Counted from the stretch's first letter, positions 18,901 to 30,434 are shown. The stretch: DNA of 64,000 bases from the human T2T-CHM13v2.0 reference genome, Homo sapiens (GCF_009914755.1 NC_060936.1), one strand, 5' to 3'. The notes: generated by a model from the sequence alone, not told the origin. Translations and numbers: made by a program.

Positions 18901-21168
18901 CACTGAAAGAATCTCGAATTCCTAAAAATTAGAAGCGGGGCAGGACTAGCCTTCGAAAAAGCCGAGGCTGGGCATTGCATGGCATTGCGTCGAGCTGTCC
19001 TCGCCCTCATCAGCTCCCTTCCCCGGCCCCATCCGTTCGCCCTTGCCTCTCTTCCAGCCTTCCTCTAATTTCCCCAGGGAACCTGCGGAGTGTCGCTTTG
19101 GGAAATTAACGCGGCCGGGGTTTGGGGGCTGGGAGCCCTATCTTGTGTGTGTATGTGTATGGCGGGGGGGGGGGGGCGCGGTGGTTGCTGAGGGGCCGTC
19201 ACACAGGTCTCCCGGAGGCCCGCGGAGTGAAACGGGGGGAGCCAATGGGATTAACGGCGGTGGGAGAGGGGCTGTGTGCGATCTGCCAAGGTGCGCCCGT
19301 GTGGCCCTCCGGCGGGCTGTGCGGTGGCATGTGACTTCACTGAGTAGGTGTCTTTGTATGTCTGAAATCCAGCGAGTGTGTGGGACTGCCCGTGTCAGTT
19401 ACATGTGTGCATGTGGAGACGTAGATGTTCTGGAGCCATGTTGTCGCTTTGTGAGTGCTGAGTGGCTCCGCTGTGCTCCCGTGCTGTCTCAAGAGTGTGG
19501 ACCAGAATGGCCCAACGCTGGGCCATGTGTCTCCCATCGCGTGGGTGCTCCTCTCTAACTGTGTCTGTGCATGGCTGTCGGCCGGTGTCGGTGTGTGTGC
19601 CTGTGTTGAGTAAATGAGGCCAGAGGGCTGCTTAGCAGAAGACCTAGGGCCCAGGTCACATATTCTCCTGGAAAAGGGATCATGGAAGGACAGTGACCAG
19701 AAGGACAGAACAGGGGAGGAGAGGGCCCGGCCCCTTGAACTTTGGTCTCTGGTATTCTCCCTCCCTGCATCAGCCCAGATGGGAAAGTCAGGCCAGGGCC
19801 ATACAGACTTTTGGTGCTGGGGCCCCCAGAGAGAAGCTGACCAGCTCTTTGCTCTCCTGGCCCAGGACGTAGGGAAGAGCCCCCTAGGTAGTGGAAATGC
19901 CATACTGACCTTGTGGCACAGAAATGAAGACCTCACGGTGGGGTGGAAGGGCACCCTCTCTGGAGTGAGAGTGAAGAGTTCTGAGCTACCCTTAAAGGGA
20001 GAAGGGAATTGAGTGCCCCCCAGGGCAGCCGTTCTGCACCAGGCTCCTCTCCTATCCCCTATCCTGTTCCAGAAAGGACCCCCCCGCCCAGGGTGATCTC
20101 ACACAGGAGACTTCCATTCACATGGAATCAGATACACAGCGTGGCACACCAACACCAGATCAGATCACACAAGGACACCTACCGTGTTACACTGTGCCTG
20201 CCAAGGAGTGGGTGGGGAGAGCACTGGAATCTGAATTGGGAGGCTAGTGTAGTGTCCAGAAGGGACTCAGATGTGCCATATCAGCACAGGACGTCAACCT
20301 ATGCCTGCTAGGATCTTGGGGTGAAGGAGAGGGGCTGGCTGGTGGGAGGGTCTCCTAGACTGGTCCCTCCCTCTTCTCCATTCCTATCCCACCCCAGTCA
20401 CAGACCTTGTTTGTTGCTCTCTCCTTGTTTCCCACGCCTGCTACTCTTCCCCTCCTTGTTTTCTCTTCTACTTCACCTACATTTCCACCGTAAATGGCTA
20501 CTTCCACTACACCCATGCATACACCATGGGAGGCAGGGATAGAGGAAACTACTTGAACTGTTTTGGGGCGGGGAGGGCAGAAAGTGGGAGGGGTGCTGGG
20601 AATGTGCTAAGGTGTAGTGTTTGGCCAAGTAGGGGCCTGAGGATTAGGGAGACACAGATGGAGAGAAACAAAGACCTTAGAAGCTGAAGGGGAAGCTGGG
20701 AGGGATGCCCAGGAGAGAGAGTCCTCAGGAAAAGGCCCCAGAGGTAGACAAAAGGCAGAGCTGGGCGGGCAGTGGCGGGGCAGGCAAGGGAGGCGGAGGG
20801 ACACAGGAGGGGGCGGGGCACTGAGGCTGCAAGCAGATGGAGAGGATTTGCTTTGCTGAGCTGAACTCTTCAGCCAGTGAGGTTTGGGAGAACTTGATGG
20901 GGGTGGGGATCATTACCCTGGTTGCCCGCTCCTGCTTCTTCATCCCTTTCCCACCTCACCTTGGGTCTTGGGGAAGGAGGTGTTTGGTCTCAACCCCTTC
21001 ATGGCCCTAATGTAAGGACCCTAGGGCCCCTATTCTGTCTCTAAGCTGTGGCCACCTTATTCAGTTCACACACCTCTAAGCTCACTACAGAGGGAGAACT
21101 GGGGCTGCAGGGACTTAGGGGCTGCAAGCCATTTGTGGTGAGAAAGGTGACCTCTTTCTCCTTTGCAG

Positions 21169-21240
21169 GACCTGAAGGAGAAGAAGGAGAAGGTGGAGGA
21201 GAAGGCAAGCCGGAAAGAGCGAAAGAAAGAAGTGGTGGAG
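21169..21240 (+). CDS. PTMS: Parathymosin exon 2 (DLKEKKEKVEEKASRKERKKEVVE)
   Basis: cag/gtgtgg, 72 nt. Confidence 0.96.
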
Positions 21241-21486
21241 GTGTGGAGGGGTGGGGGAGAGGACCACATCTGCCCTACCATCTTCCCTCCCAATCATCTC
21301 ATCCTTCCTCTGCTTTCCTTCCGAGGGTGCTGGGTCCTGCCGTTCCCCTGAGCCCTGTCACCCTTGCTGCCCCACCCTGTGGCCCATCCCAAGCCCTTTT
21401 ATCACCCAGGCTCCAGTCCCATTGGTGGTGATGGTGGGCAAGGCATGCAGCCAGCCTGAGGCTACTCCCTCTCCTGGTCCCCACAG

Positions 21487-21565
21487 GAGGAGGAGAACGG
21501 GGCTGAGGAGGAAGAAGAAGAAACTGCCGAGGATGGAGAGGAGGAAGATGAAGGGGAAGAAGAAG
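21487..21565 (+). CDS. PTMS: Parathymosin exon 3 (acidic, EEENGAEEEEEETAEDG...)
   Basis: cag/gtgggg, 79 nt. Confidence 0.95.
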
Positions 21566-21722
21566 GTGGGGAGGGGCAGGGGAGGCTGGGCTGGCAAAGT
21601 CTGGGCTCAAAGGAGAGCAGAGTCAGGGTGGGTTTGAAGACCTGAAGCAGGGCTGAGGGCGACCACGGGGGCTCTGCCAGAGCTTCCTGCCCTTCCCCAA
21701 TGACCCATTTCTGGCTCCTCAG

Positions 21723-21784
21723 ATGAGGAAGAAGAAGAAGAGGATGATGAAGGGCCCGCGCTGAAGAGAGCTGCCGAAGAGGAG
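21723..21784 (+). CDS. PTMS: Parathymosin exon 4 (DEEEEEEDDEGPALKRAAEEE)
   Basis: cag/gtttgg, 62 nt. Confidence 0.95.
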
Positions 21785-21957
21785 GTTTGGGCTGGGTTGC
21801 TGGGCCTGAGGGGCTGTCAGGGATGCAGCCGGGCTGGGCGCCCTTTGGATTTGGACCCAGATCCCTGTGTGGCAGGGGTGGGGGCTGGAACAGGACCGGG
21901 ACAGGGGGAGGTCTCCCCTCCCATTTTACAGCTCCCCCATTCTCTCCCTCTCCACAG

Positions 21958-22008
21958 GATGAAGCGGATCCCAAACGGCAGAAGACAGAAAATGGGGCAT
22001 CGGCGTGA
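21958..22008 (+). CDS. PTMS: Parathymosin exon 5 (DEADPKRQKTENGASA*), containing the KRQK nuclear localisation signal
   Basis: cag acceptor 21955-57, TGA at 22006-08. Confidence 0.96.
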   Translation, partial: DEADPKRQKTENGASA

Positions 22009-22487
22009 GCCCCTGCCAACAGGCTGGGGTTGGGAGGCCTCTCTGGGCCTGGAGGTGGGGGTGGGGGCAGCCAAGTCCAGCCACTCTTCACCTGGCTCCC
22101 TGCTCTGGGCCCTGCACCAGAGCTGCCACCCTCTTCTTTCTCCCCAGCCTTCTCATTTCCGCCTCTCCAGACACTGCGCCCTCCACCCTCACTCTGCCAT
22201 TGTTCCACCTCCTGACCTGCTCCATCTGAGCTCTCCAGCTGGCCCCCAATTGCTCCTCTCTCTCTTTGCTCTCTTTCTCCCTCCCCTACCAGCCTCATTC
22301 TTCCTCCGGTAGCCTCTCCCACCTAACCTCTGCATCCCCCAGCCTCATGTCCTGCCCCATCCCTATCCTGCCTGATCCCTGGATCTCCCTCAGATCCCCT
22401 CTTCTCAGACAGCGCCAGGCCGGGGTGGGGCCGGGGTTGGGGCCGAGCCCCACAGCTGCCCCCCTCCCCTCCCTTTTTGTATAATTT

Positions 22488-22493
22488 AATAAA
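22488..22493 (+). terminator. PTMS: PTMS polyadenylation signal AATAAA
   Basis: AATAAA with upstream TGTA and a downstream GT/T-rich element. Confidence 0.88.
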
Positions 22494-23399
22494 GAAATGG
22501 TCGCGCTTCTGTTTTTAACCTGTCTCCTGCTTTCCCGGGGGCTCCAGTCAGTGCGACAAAAGGGTAGAGAGGGAGGAGGGTGGCTGACCTCCCATTCTGC
22601 CAGGACCCTTCCCTTTGATACAAAAGCAGCAGCACACTCCTACCACCCACGACTCAAGAAGACAAGATCAGCCCTCCAGGGGTGGCCTGGAGCCCAGCTC
22701 TTCTGAGAGCTGACTTATGTCCTGTTTTGGATTCTCAGGGATGCTCCTCCCCAGCAATACACACTTCCCTGCTAACCCACACAAGACCTAGACACTGCTG
22801 AGCCCAGTGGAAAGCTACCAGCTCTATTGTGCTGAACCAGGCACAGAGAAACAGCCCAGAAACAGGAAGTCCTGCCCCTGAGCTGGGAGAGGGCTGGTAG
22901 TCCTGGGTCTCAGCCTGCTAGGATCTGGAGTGAGCTGCCTGGCATCAGAGATGCCCTCTGCCTGGCATGGAAGCGAGCTCCTTCCAGTCAAGCAGGGAAA
23001 TCCTGGGTCTCGTGTCATCCCCAGGTCGGCTGTATGTTTCGTCACCTGCCCTCCAACTCTCCCTGGGCTGGGCTGGGGAGCGGGAGTTGTATGACTCTTG
23101 TCAGTCTTGGGCCTTCCCTAGTCCCACTGCCTCTGTTTCCCCTGAGTTTGATCTCTGTTAGGAGATTTCTAAGATTTCTGCATTTCTCCATCTCCGCATG
23201 GCCCTTGCCTTCTCCTCTTAGTTCGGAACCTCTGGACTGGAGGATGCTTCTGAGGGCATGGGGACCTGAGTTGGAGTGGGGAGGGGTGTTGACTCATCAA
23301 CAGCATCATTTCTCCCAGGAGACGCCCGTAACTCATCCAAGGTCAGGACTACACACTGTCACGCACACAGGTACACTCACAGCTTTTATCTTCACGCTC

Positions 23400-23550
23400 C
23401 CTAACCTTGGCAAATTGTACAATTTCTTTGAAGCTCAGTTTCCTCATCTGTACAATGGGGAAAAGCATTAGATTTCATGAATTACTATAAGTAAAGTGTC
23501 CAATACAGTGCTTAGCACGTAATGAAGCCTCAATACAATGTAGTTATTCT
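23400..23550 (+). mobile_element. MIR SINE fossil upstream of LAG3
   Basis: ctcagtttcctcatctgtacaatgggg ... cagtgcttagcacgtaatg core. Confidence 0.75.
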
Positions 23551-23859
23551 CCATGCCCCACAAAGCTGGCATGCCTAGCCTCAGACCTACCATTTTTTGG
23601 GGTGCAGTAAGGCTTCCTGTCCACCATGTTCCCAGGGACATTGTACTGATGGGTGGAAAGGCAGGTCTAAAGGGGTCACGAAGTTCTGGGAGGTTAAGGG
23701 AACGAGGAAGGAGATTGAGCAACAAGGAAAGAGCTTGCCAAGAAGGAGGTGTGAATATTGGGACTGAGGAGGCAGCTTAGAGATGGGCAAGGGGGCAGTT
23801 CCAGGCAGAAATGGTTCGTGGAGGCAGAAGGTCCCTGGGAGAGGGAGCAGTCTGGAGGG

Positions 23860-24418
23860 TGGGGCAGGGGCGAGGAGGGGGAGGTGGGGAGACCCAGGAC
23901 TGAGGAAGTAAACAAGGGGAGCGCCACCACAGAGGTGGAGAGGTGGAGGGTGCTGCTGCTGGGAATCAACCCCCTCAGACTTTCCACTGCGAAGCGAAAC
24001 CGTAAGCCCTGGGGTGCGGGGGGCGGGCCGGGAGGAGGGGAAGTGGGGAAGGTGGAGGGAAGGCCGGGCACAGGGGTGAAGGCCCAGAGACCAGCAGAAC
24101 GGCATCCCAGCCACGACGGCCACTTTGCTCTGTCTGCTCTCCGCCACGGCCCTGCTCTGTTCCCTGGGACACCCCCGCCCCCACCTCCTCAGGCTGCCTG
24201 ATCTGCCCAGCTTTCCAGCTTTCCTCTGGATTCCGGCCTCTGGTCATCCCTCCCCACCCTCTCTCCAAGGCCCTCTCCTGGTCTCCCTTCTTCTAGAACC
24301 CCTTCCTCCACCTCCCTCTCTGCAGAACTTCTCCTTTACCCCCCACCCCCCACCACTGCCCCCTTTCCTTTTCTGACCTCCTTTTGGAGGGCTCAGCGCT
24401 GCCCAGACCATAGGAGAG
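23860..24418 (+). promoter_or_regulatory. LAG3: LAG3 TATA-less G-rich promoter and pyrimidine-rich 5' UTR (TSS approximate, about 24070)
   Basis: GC boxes/G-runs at 24011-24060 and an ETS-like GAGGAAGT at about 23902; no ATG between about 24070 and 24419. Confidence 0.6.
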
Positions 24419-24476
24419 ATGTGGGAGGCTCAGTTCCTGGGCTTGCTGTTTCTGCAGCCGCTTTGGGTGGCTCCAG
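24419..24476 (+). CDS. LAG3: LAG-3 exon 1, signal peptide (MWEAQFLGLLFLQPLWVAP)
   Basis: ATG at 24419, donor CAG|gtaaaa. Eight exons sum to 1578 nt = 525 aa + stop. Confidence 0.97.
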
Positions 24477-24757
24477 GTAAAACGGGGATGGCGGGAGGGT
24501 TGACCTCCAGCCCCACAGGAGGGGACCAGCAGGGATCTCTGTGGCCACAAAGGTCCTGAGGTCCTTAGCTCTGTGGATTCTTCTAATCCCTTTTTTGGGC
24601 AGTCCTTCCACCCCGAAAGCCTCTCTGGGCAGAGAAGAAACAGAAACCCAAGTTCTTCCTGCACCCTGTTTCTCCCTCGGGAAACACCCAGGCTCCTTCT
24701 CTACCCCTGCCTCTCGGCTCACGCCCCCTCCCCTTGGCCTCTCTTTTGCTCACCTAG

Positions 24758-24905
24758 TGAAGCCTCTCCAGCCAGGGGCTGAGGTCCCGGTGGTGTGGGC
24801 CCAGGAGGGGGCTCCTGCCCAGCTCCCCTGCAGCCCCACAATCCCCCTCCAGGATCTCAGCCTTCTGCGAAGAGCAGGGGTCACTTGGCAGCATCAGCCA
24901 GACAG
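24758..24905 (+). CDS. LAG3: LAG-3 exon 2 (N-terminal half of D1)
   Basis: tag/gtatgc, 148 nt, KPLQPGAEVP...WQHQPD. Confidence 0.97.
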
Positions 24906-25262
24906 GTATGCACCCCAAACTTGGGCAACAGGACCTCCGAATCCAGCACTCAACCCCACACCCGTGCCGGTCCTCTGTCCCCTGCCCTGAGGTGTCACTC
25001 CCTCTGAAGCCAGTGACCCAGTCTCCCTGCCCTCGCTTGCACCGTTCCTGCCCTTGCTCTGCAATCAGCGACCCTCACGCCAGCATCCCTTCTCTCCAGA
25101 AGTGGATGCGGCCAGTCCAACAGAGGGGTCGGGCGTGAGGGGACGGTTGGTGGTCAAGAGAACTCTTGGGGCGGGCTTTCTCATCCTCAACGGGTGGCTG
25201 CCTGCATCCTCCCGGGCTTCCTACCCCTGGAGCTTCTCAACTCCATTCTCTTTCCCGCCCAG

Positions 25263-25567
25263 TGGCCCGCCCGCTGCCGCCCCCGGCCATCCCCTGGCCC
25301 CCGGCCCTCACCCGGCGGCGCCCTCCTCCTGGGGGCCCAGGCCCCGCCGCTACACGGTGCTGAGCGTGGGTCCCGGAGGCCTGCGCAGCGGGAGGCTGCC
25401 CCTGCAGCCCCGCGTCCAGCTGGATGAGCGCGGCCGGCAGCGCGGGGACTTCTCGCTATGGCTGCGCCCAGCCCGGCGCGCGGACGCCGGCGAGTACCGC
25501 GCCGCGGTGCACCTCAGGGACCGCGCCCTCTCCTGCCGCCTCCGTCTGCGCCTGGGCCAGGCCTCGA
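25263..25567 (+). CDS. LAG3: LAG-3 exon 3 (D1 Pro-rich extra loop and C-terminal half)
   Basis: cag/gtatgt, 305 nt, GPPAAAPGHPLAPGPHPAAPSSWGPRPRRY... Confidence 0.97.
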
Positions 25568-26160
25568 GTATGTGGGGCGGGACGATGGGAGAAGGGCTGG
25601 GAGGTGGGTCCCCATCCCCTGCCTCCCGGGACGCAGGAAGGGCTGGGGCAGAGGCTGCGCCCTAGGCCCTGTCGGAGAGCTCCCAGAAGAGTAGAGGAAG
25701 GGGGTGGGCGGCCTGCTGGAGTGGAAGGTGCCCCCGAAGCACGTGTATGGGGGGCCCTGTGGAGAGATTGTGTCACCCCCGAGCTCCCCTTCTCCCACCC
25801 ACGCGGGAGTGCCCAGAGGGAGGGGGAGGGGGGGAGAGCATGGGGCTAAAGTGATTCATTTCAGATATCTGTAGCTCAGGGGGTGGGCTTCGCGGGGTTC
25901 CAGGCCAGGAAAACGGCAAGGGTGGCTGATGCCAAGTAAACTCCAGGCCAGGGACGGGGAAAGTGGTCCTGGGGAGTCTTGGGGATCCACTTTATGCACC
26001 TCCAGGTGCTGGAAGCTGAGATGGGGAGAGGGTGATGTGGGAGAGGAGAAGACAAGTCTAAAGCCAGGTCCCTGTTTCCAGGAGCTTCCGGCTTGGCAGT
26101 CCTGCTGTGTTGGGAAATTGTTTCCAGTGGGCTGATGAAGTCTTCTTTATCCTTGCACAG

Positions 26161-26430
26161 TGACTGCCAGCCCCCCAGGATCTCTCAGAGCCTCCGACTG
26201 GGTCATTTTGAACTGCTCCTTCAGCCGCCCTGACCGCCCAGCCTCTGTGCATTGGTTCCGGAACCGGGGCCAGGGCCGAGTCCCTGTCCGGGAGTCCCCC
26301 CATCACCACTTAGCGGAAAGCTTCCTCTTCCTGCCCCAAGTCAGCCCCATGGACTCTGGGCCCTGGGGCTGCATCCTCACCTACAGAGATGGCTTCAACG
26401 TCTCCATCATGTATAACCTCACTGTTCTGG
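26161..26430 (+). CDS. LAG3: LAG-3 exon 4 (D2)
   Basis: cag/gtaact, 270 nt. Confidence 0.97.
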
Positions 26431-26838
26431 GTAACTCCCCCACTCTGCTTCACATTTGACCACAACTCCTTCCTGCCCCCCTTGTCACCTCCCCTAACTA
26501 TGGGTCCCCAAACCAGGTTCTCGGCAGCGAGTGGCCTACGTCATTGCTGTGGGTCTCACTGTTCGACCCCTTTATATTGCTGGCAGCCTCACAGCTGCCA
26601 TCACCCCTTCTTGCTTCTCCCGTGGCCTTCCAGCGTCATTGCCAGCCTTCCCTCTCCTTCCGGCTAAGCCCACTTGCTGGGTTTCTGAGCCTCCTCAGCT
26701 CATCACCTTATTCTGCTCCTTAGCACTCTTATGAGCCAGACCATCTCCTGAATTCTTCTGCCTCCCTTCCTTGCAGCCCCAGCACTCCCTCCCCACTGCA
26801 GCACCCAGCTTTAACTTTGGGTTTTCTTTTCTCTTCAG

Positions 26839-27114
26839 GTCTGGAGCCCCCAACTCCCTTGACAGTGTACGCTGGAGCAGGTTCCAGGGTGGGGCTGCCC
26901 TGCCGCCTGCCTGCTGGTGTGGGGACCCGGTCTTTCCTCACTGCCAAGTGGACTCCTCCTGGGGGAGGCCCTGACCTCCTGGTGACTGGAGACAATGGCG
27001 ACTTTACCCTTCGACTAGAGGATGTGAGCCAGGCCCAGGCTGGGACCTACACCTGCCATATCCATCTGCAGGAACAGCAGCTCAATGCCACTGTCACATT
27101 GGCAATCATCACAG
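26839..27114 (+). CDS. LAG3: LAG-3 exon 5 (D3)
   Basis: cag/gtcagc, 276 nt. Confidence 0.97.
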
Positions 27115-28829
27115 GTCAGCCTCAGGTGGGAAAGGAGTAGCTGCCCTCCCAGGGTAGAAAGGACAGGGAGGAAGGGCTGGCAGGGCAAAGACTAGGCAAA
27201 CCCACCCTGTGATGCCAGGCCACTGGGCACAAGTTCCAGAGCCTGCCCATCTCGGCCCCCACTTTTCTCACCCCCATAATAAAGAAACGAAACTGAAAAT
27301 CTCCTCTTGAGTCACAAGATAAAAGTTCCACCGTTCTCTATGGGACTCCCCTGCTCTCAATTGGCGGGAGGGTCTGGGAAGTTAGAAGGAAAGGTGACAA
27401 AAATTCTGAATGGTTCGAAAGAGGTAGAATATATTTCTAGAATCCTTGTCTACTTTGCAGCCAGGGCTTGGGTTAGAGTTGCAGGAAGTGGCCTGGATTT
27501 GGGAGGAGTGAATAAATCCGTCCCTTGGTCAGCAAATATTTACTGAGCAAGGGTTTTCCAAGACAGTATAAAACAAACACAGAAAAAAGAATACTCAGAG
27601 AGTATGTGTTGACTGGTTGATAACTATCGGCCATGACAGATTAGCCATGTCTGCAGCACGCACCTGCGGCCACTCAGTAGTAGCACCCCACGGCAGGTGC
27701 TTAATAATGTATAGAGATTGAATGAATACGTGAACATGCTAATGGATAATACATCTCCTGAAGGCCAATCCTGAGTTTTCACTTGCTTTCTGGATACCTC
27801 TAACTAGATGTTATACCACCTCTCAGCCGCCTTACCCTGAACCCCAGCTTTTTCTCCCACCAATCCCCTTGCTGACTCAGCCTGTCAGTAATCCACTGGT
27901 ATCCATCCACCTCGAAACCTGGCCTCCTCCTCTCTACATCCCATCAGTCATCAAAGTCCACCAGTTCTTTCTGTCCAATGCCCTCTTGAAGGTCAACTGT
28001 TTTATGTAGACGGCTCAATGAGAGAGATACTGTTACCCCGAAGACTTTCTCAAAACAGCTGGGAAGTGCCAGACTCTGGGTCTAAACTCAGGTGTCTGCA
28101 TCACCAAATCACTCTCCAGGACACTACTCAGATGCCCTTCACCCTTTGTCTCCTCCCACCCACCCATCTCTCACTTTACAACTTGGAGAATGCTCTGTCT
28201 CTAGATGAATGGGTCAGTTCCCTGTTCTCTATACCTTCAGAAAGGGGGATGATGTTCATTCAGGGGGCACCACAAGGCAGGGGACACTGATGTGAGCCGC
28301 ATCATGGAAGTTCCAAAATTGTGAAGTAGATGGGGGTCAGCTCATCTGACTGATTTTGAGGGTTCTGAGCATTTGAGTAGAAAGTAATGTAAAAGAATCT
28401 GTAATAGTATTTATTCTGTGGTCTGCCAGGGCCAGTTTGAGTGTGAAGGCAGTAGGGAGCCTGGAAATGTTTTGAGCAGGGGAGGGAGCTGACTAGAGCA
28501 TTGTCTGAATAAGATAAATGTGGCCGGCAGGGCATGATGGCTCACACCTGTAATCCCAGCACTTTGAAAGGCTGAGACGAGAGGAGCACTTGAGTCCAGG
28601 AATTCCAGACTAGCCTGGGCAACATGGTGAAAACGCATCTGTATACAATTTAATAAAAAAATAAATAGAAAGAAAAAGATGAACGTGGCCATGACCCATG
28701 ATGTCCTTCCCCAACCTCCCCTGGCCAGAACCCAAGTGAGTGCAGGGTGATTGAGACTTGGGGTTCAACCTGTGATATCACGTAAGGGGGGCAGAATCCC
28801 AAAAGATCTCTTCCTTCTACTCTTTTCAG

Positions 28830-29072
28830 TGACTCCCAAATCCTTTGGGTCACCTGGATCCCTGGGGAAGCTGCTTTGTGAGGTGACTCCAGTATCTGGA
28901 CAAGAACGCTTTGTGTGGAGCTCTCTGGACACCCCATCCCAGAGGAGTTTCTCAGGACCTTGGCTGGAGGCACAGGAGGCCCAGCTCCTTTCCCAGCCTT
29001 GGCAATGCCAGCTGTACCAGGGGGAGAGGCTTCTTGGAGCAGCAGTGTACTTCACAGAGCTGTCTAGCCCAG
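28830..29072 (+). CDS. LAG3: LAG-3 exon 6 (D4)
   Basis: cag/gtccga, 243 nt. Confidence 0.96.
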
Positions 29073-29356
29073 GTCCGAGGCCCCAGAATGCCAGGACCCA
29101 AACGCCACAGCAATAATCTTTATCCTCCTTCCAGAACAGCCCCTGCCACCCCCATCCCAGCGCTTTTCTTTCCAGTCAGGGACCTGATCTCTGGCTTTTG
29201 CCTAGGGTTGACCCGTTTCCGCCACTGATCAGCTGAATGACCCTGGGACAAGTCCCTTAAACTCTCTGGATCTCATTGCATCTGTAAAGTCTGAGAGAAT
29301 GACAAAGTGTCCTTTCTAGTCCTGACCCTATGCCTCATCCTGTACTTTCTCCATAG

Positions 29357-29487
29357 GTGCCCAACGCTCTGGGAGAGCCCCAGGTGCCCTCCCAGCAGGC
29401 CACCTCCTGCTGTTTCTCATCCTTGGTGTCCTTTCTCTGCTCCTTTTGGTGACTGGAGCCTTTGGCTTTCACCTTTGGAGAAGACAG
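29357..29487 (+). CDS. LAG3: LAG-3 exon 7 (connecting peptide + transmembrane helix; Ile at codon 455, 29419-21)
   Basis: tag/gtgagc, 131 nt, HLLLFLILGVLSLLLLVTGAFGFHLWRRQ. Confidence 0.97.
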
Positions 29488-29809
29488 GTGAGCCAGGGAC
29501 ATGGCAACCCCGCCCCCCAGCAGCTCCCGCTCTTCCATCCTCAGAGTGCTGATGGCACCCCTTCCTCAGGAAGGTGACCAAATGGGACCCTGAACTTGCC
29601 CTCAGAGCCCCCCTTCTTCATAAGCCTCTCACTCCAGGGATGGCTTGTGCCTGGGTAGGCTGGAAGGGGGGTTGGGAGAAAGCCAGGACCAGATGGGGAG
29701 GGCAGGGGCGCTGAGAAAAAATAGAGGGACTCAGTGTCCCTCCTCATCCGCTTCCCTTCATCCTTCTCCTCCTTCCGCCCTCCGTCTCTCTCTCCATCTC
29801 TTCTCACAG

Positions 29810-29956
29810 TGGCGACCAAGACGATTTTCTGCCTTAGAGCAAGGGATTCACCCTCCGCAGGCTCAGAGCAAGATAGAGGAGCTGGAGCAAGAACCGGAGC
29901 CGGAGCCGGAGCCGGAACCGGAGCCCGAGCCCGAGCCCGAGCCGGAGCAGCTCTGA
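29810..29956 (+). CDS. LAG3: LAG-3 exon 8, cytoplasmic tail (FSALE, KIEELE, EP repeat)
   Basis: cag acceptor 29807-09, TGA at 29954-56. Confidence 0.97.
   Translation, partial: WRPRRFSALEQGIHPPQAQSKIEELEQEPEPEPEPEPEPEPEPEPEQL
29891..29947 (+). repeat. LAG3: Coding hexamer repeat (GARCCS)n encoding (EP)9E
   Basis: Read directly from the sequence. Confidence 0.95.
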
Positions 29957-29998
29957 CCTGGAGCTGAGGCAGCCAGCAGATCTCAGCAGCCCAGTCCA

Positions 29999-30004
29999 AA
30001 TAAA
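29999..30004 (+). terminator. LAG3: LAG3 polyadenylation signal (very short 3' UTR)
   Basis: AATAAA starts 43 nt after the stop codon. Confidence 0.88.
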
Positions 30005-30434
30005 CTCCCTGTCAGCAGCAAGCCTGAGTCTGGCTCTTTCTTGTCCAAGTGAAGGTTCCCGTCTCTCCCCAGCCTCTGAGGGCTCCCTTCTCCCACCCTA
30101 GCCTCCTAACCTACTTTCCCCAGCCAGCCTCCCTCACCTTCCCCTTTTCTGTTTCTGGCTGCTTCGTGTTTCTTTCTTGGTCTCTCTCTCTCTTGCGCTC
30201 ACTCTCTCTTTCTCTCTCCTGGGTAATCATTTCTCTGAAGCTCCCCCGAAAAAGCCCTTGCCCCTTGCCTCCGCAGCTCTCTCCTCCGTCCTTCCACCCA
30301 CCTTCCACCCACAGTGCGCTGGCTGCCCTGGTTTCCTTGATATTTTTGTCCTTTGGGTCCACCCCACCCCACACTCAGCTGCACTTCAGCACTTGTCCTT
30401 GGCCCTCCGGCTGCAGCAGATGCGCACATATGCT

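Noticed and set aside
15299-19954. Long ORFs of 130-224 aa on both strands around the PTMS promoter
   Set aside because: GC-rich or purine-skewed low-complexity DNA lacks stops; mostly GTG/TTG starts, no recognisable domains or splice structure.
21462-22322. 286-aa antisense ORF over PTMS
   Set aside because: It mirrors the GAG/GAA-rich exons (poly-Ser/Pro) and GC-rich UTR; no promoter or poly(A) support seen.
26531-26642. GTGGCCT...CGTCATTGC occurs twice in LAG3 intron 4
   Set aside because: Only two short imperfect copies; cannot be told from chance without conservation data.
27650-27675. Possible CTCF site in LAG3 intron 5
   Set aside because: The match needs a 1-nt gap in the core motif.
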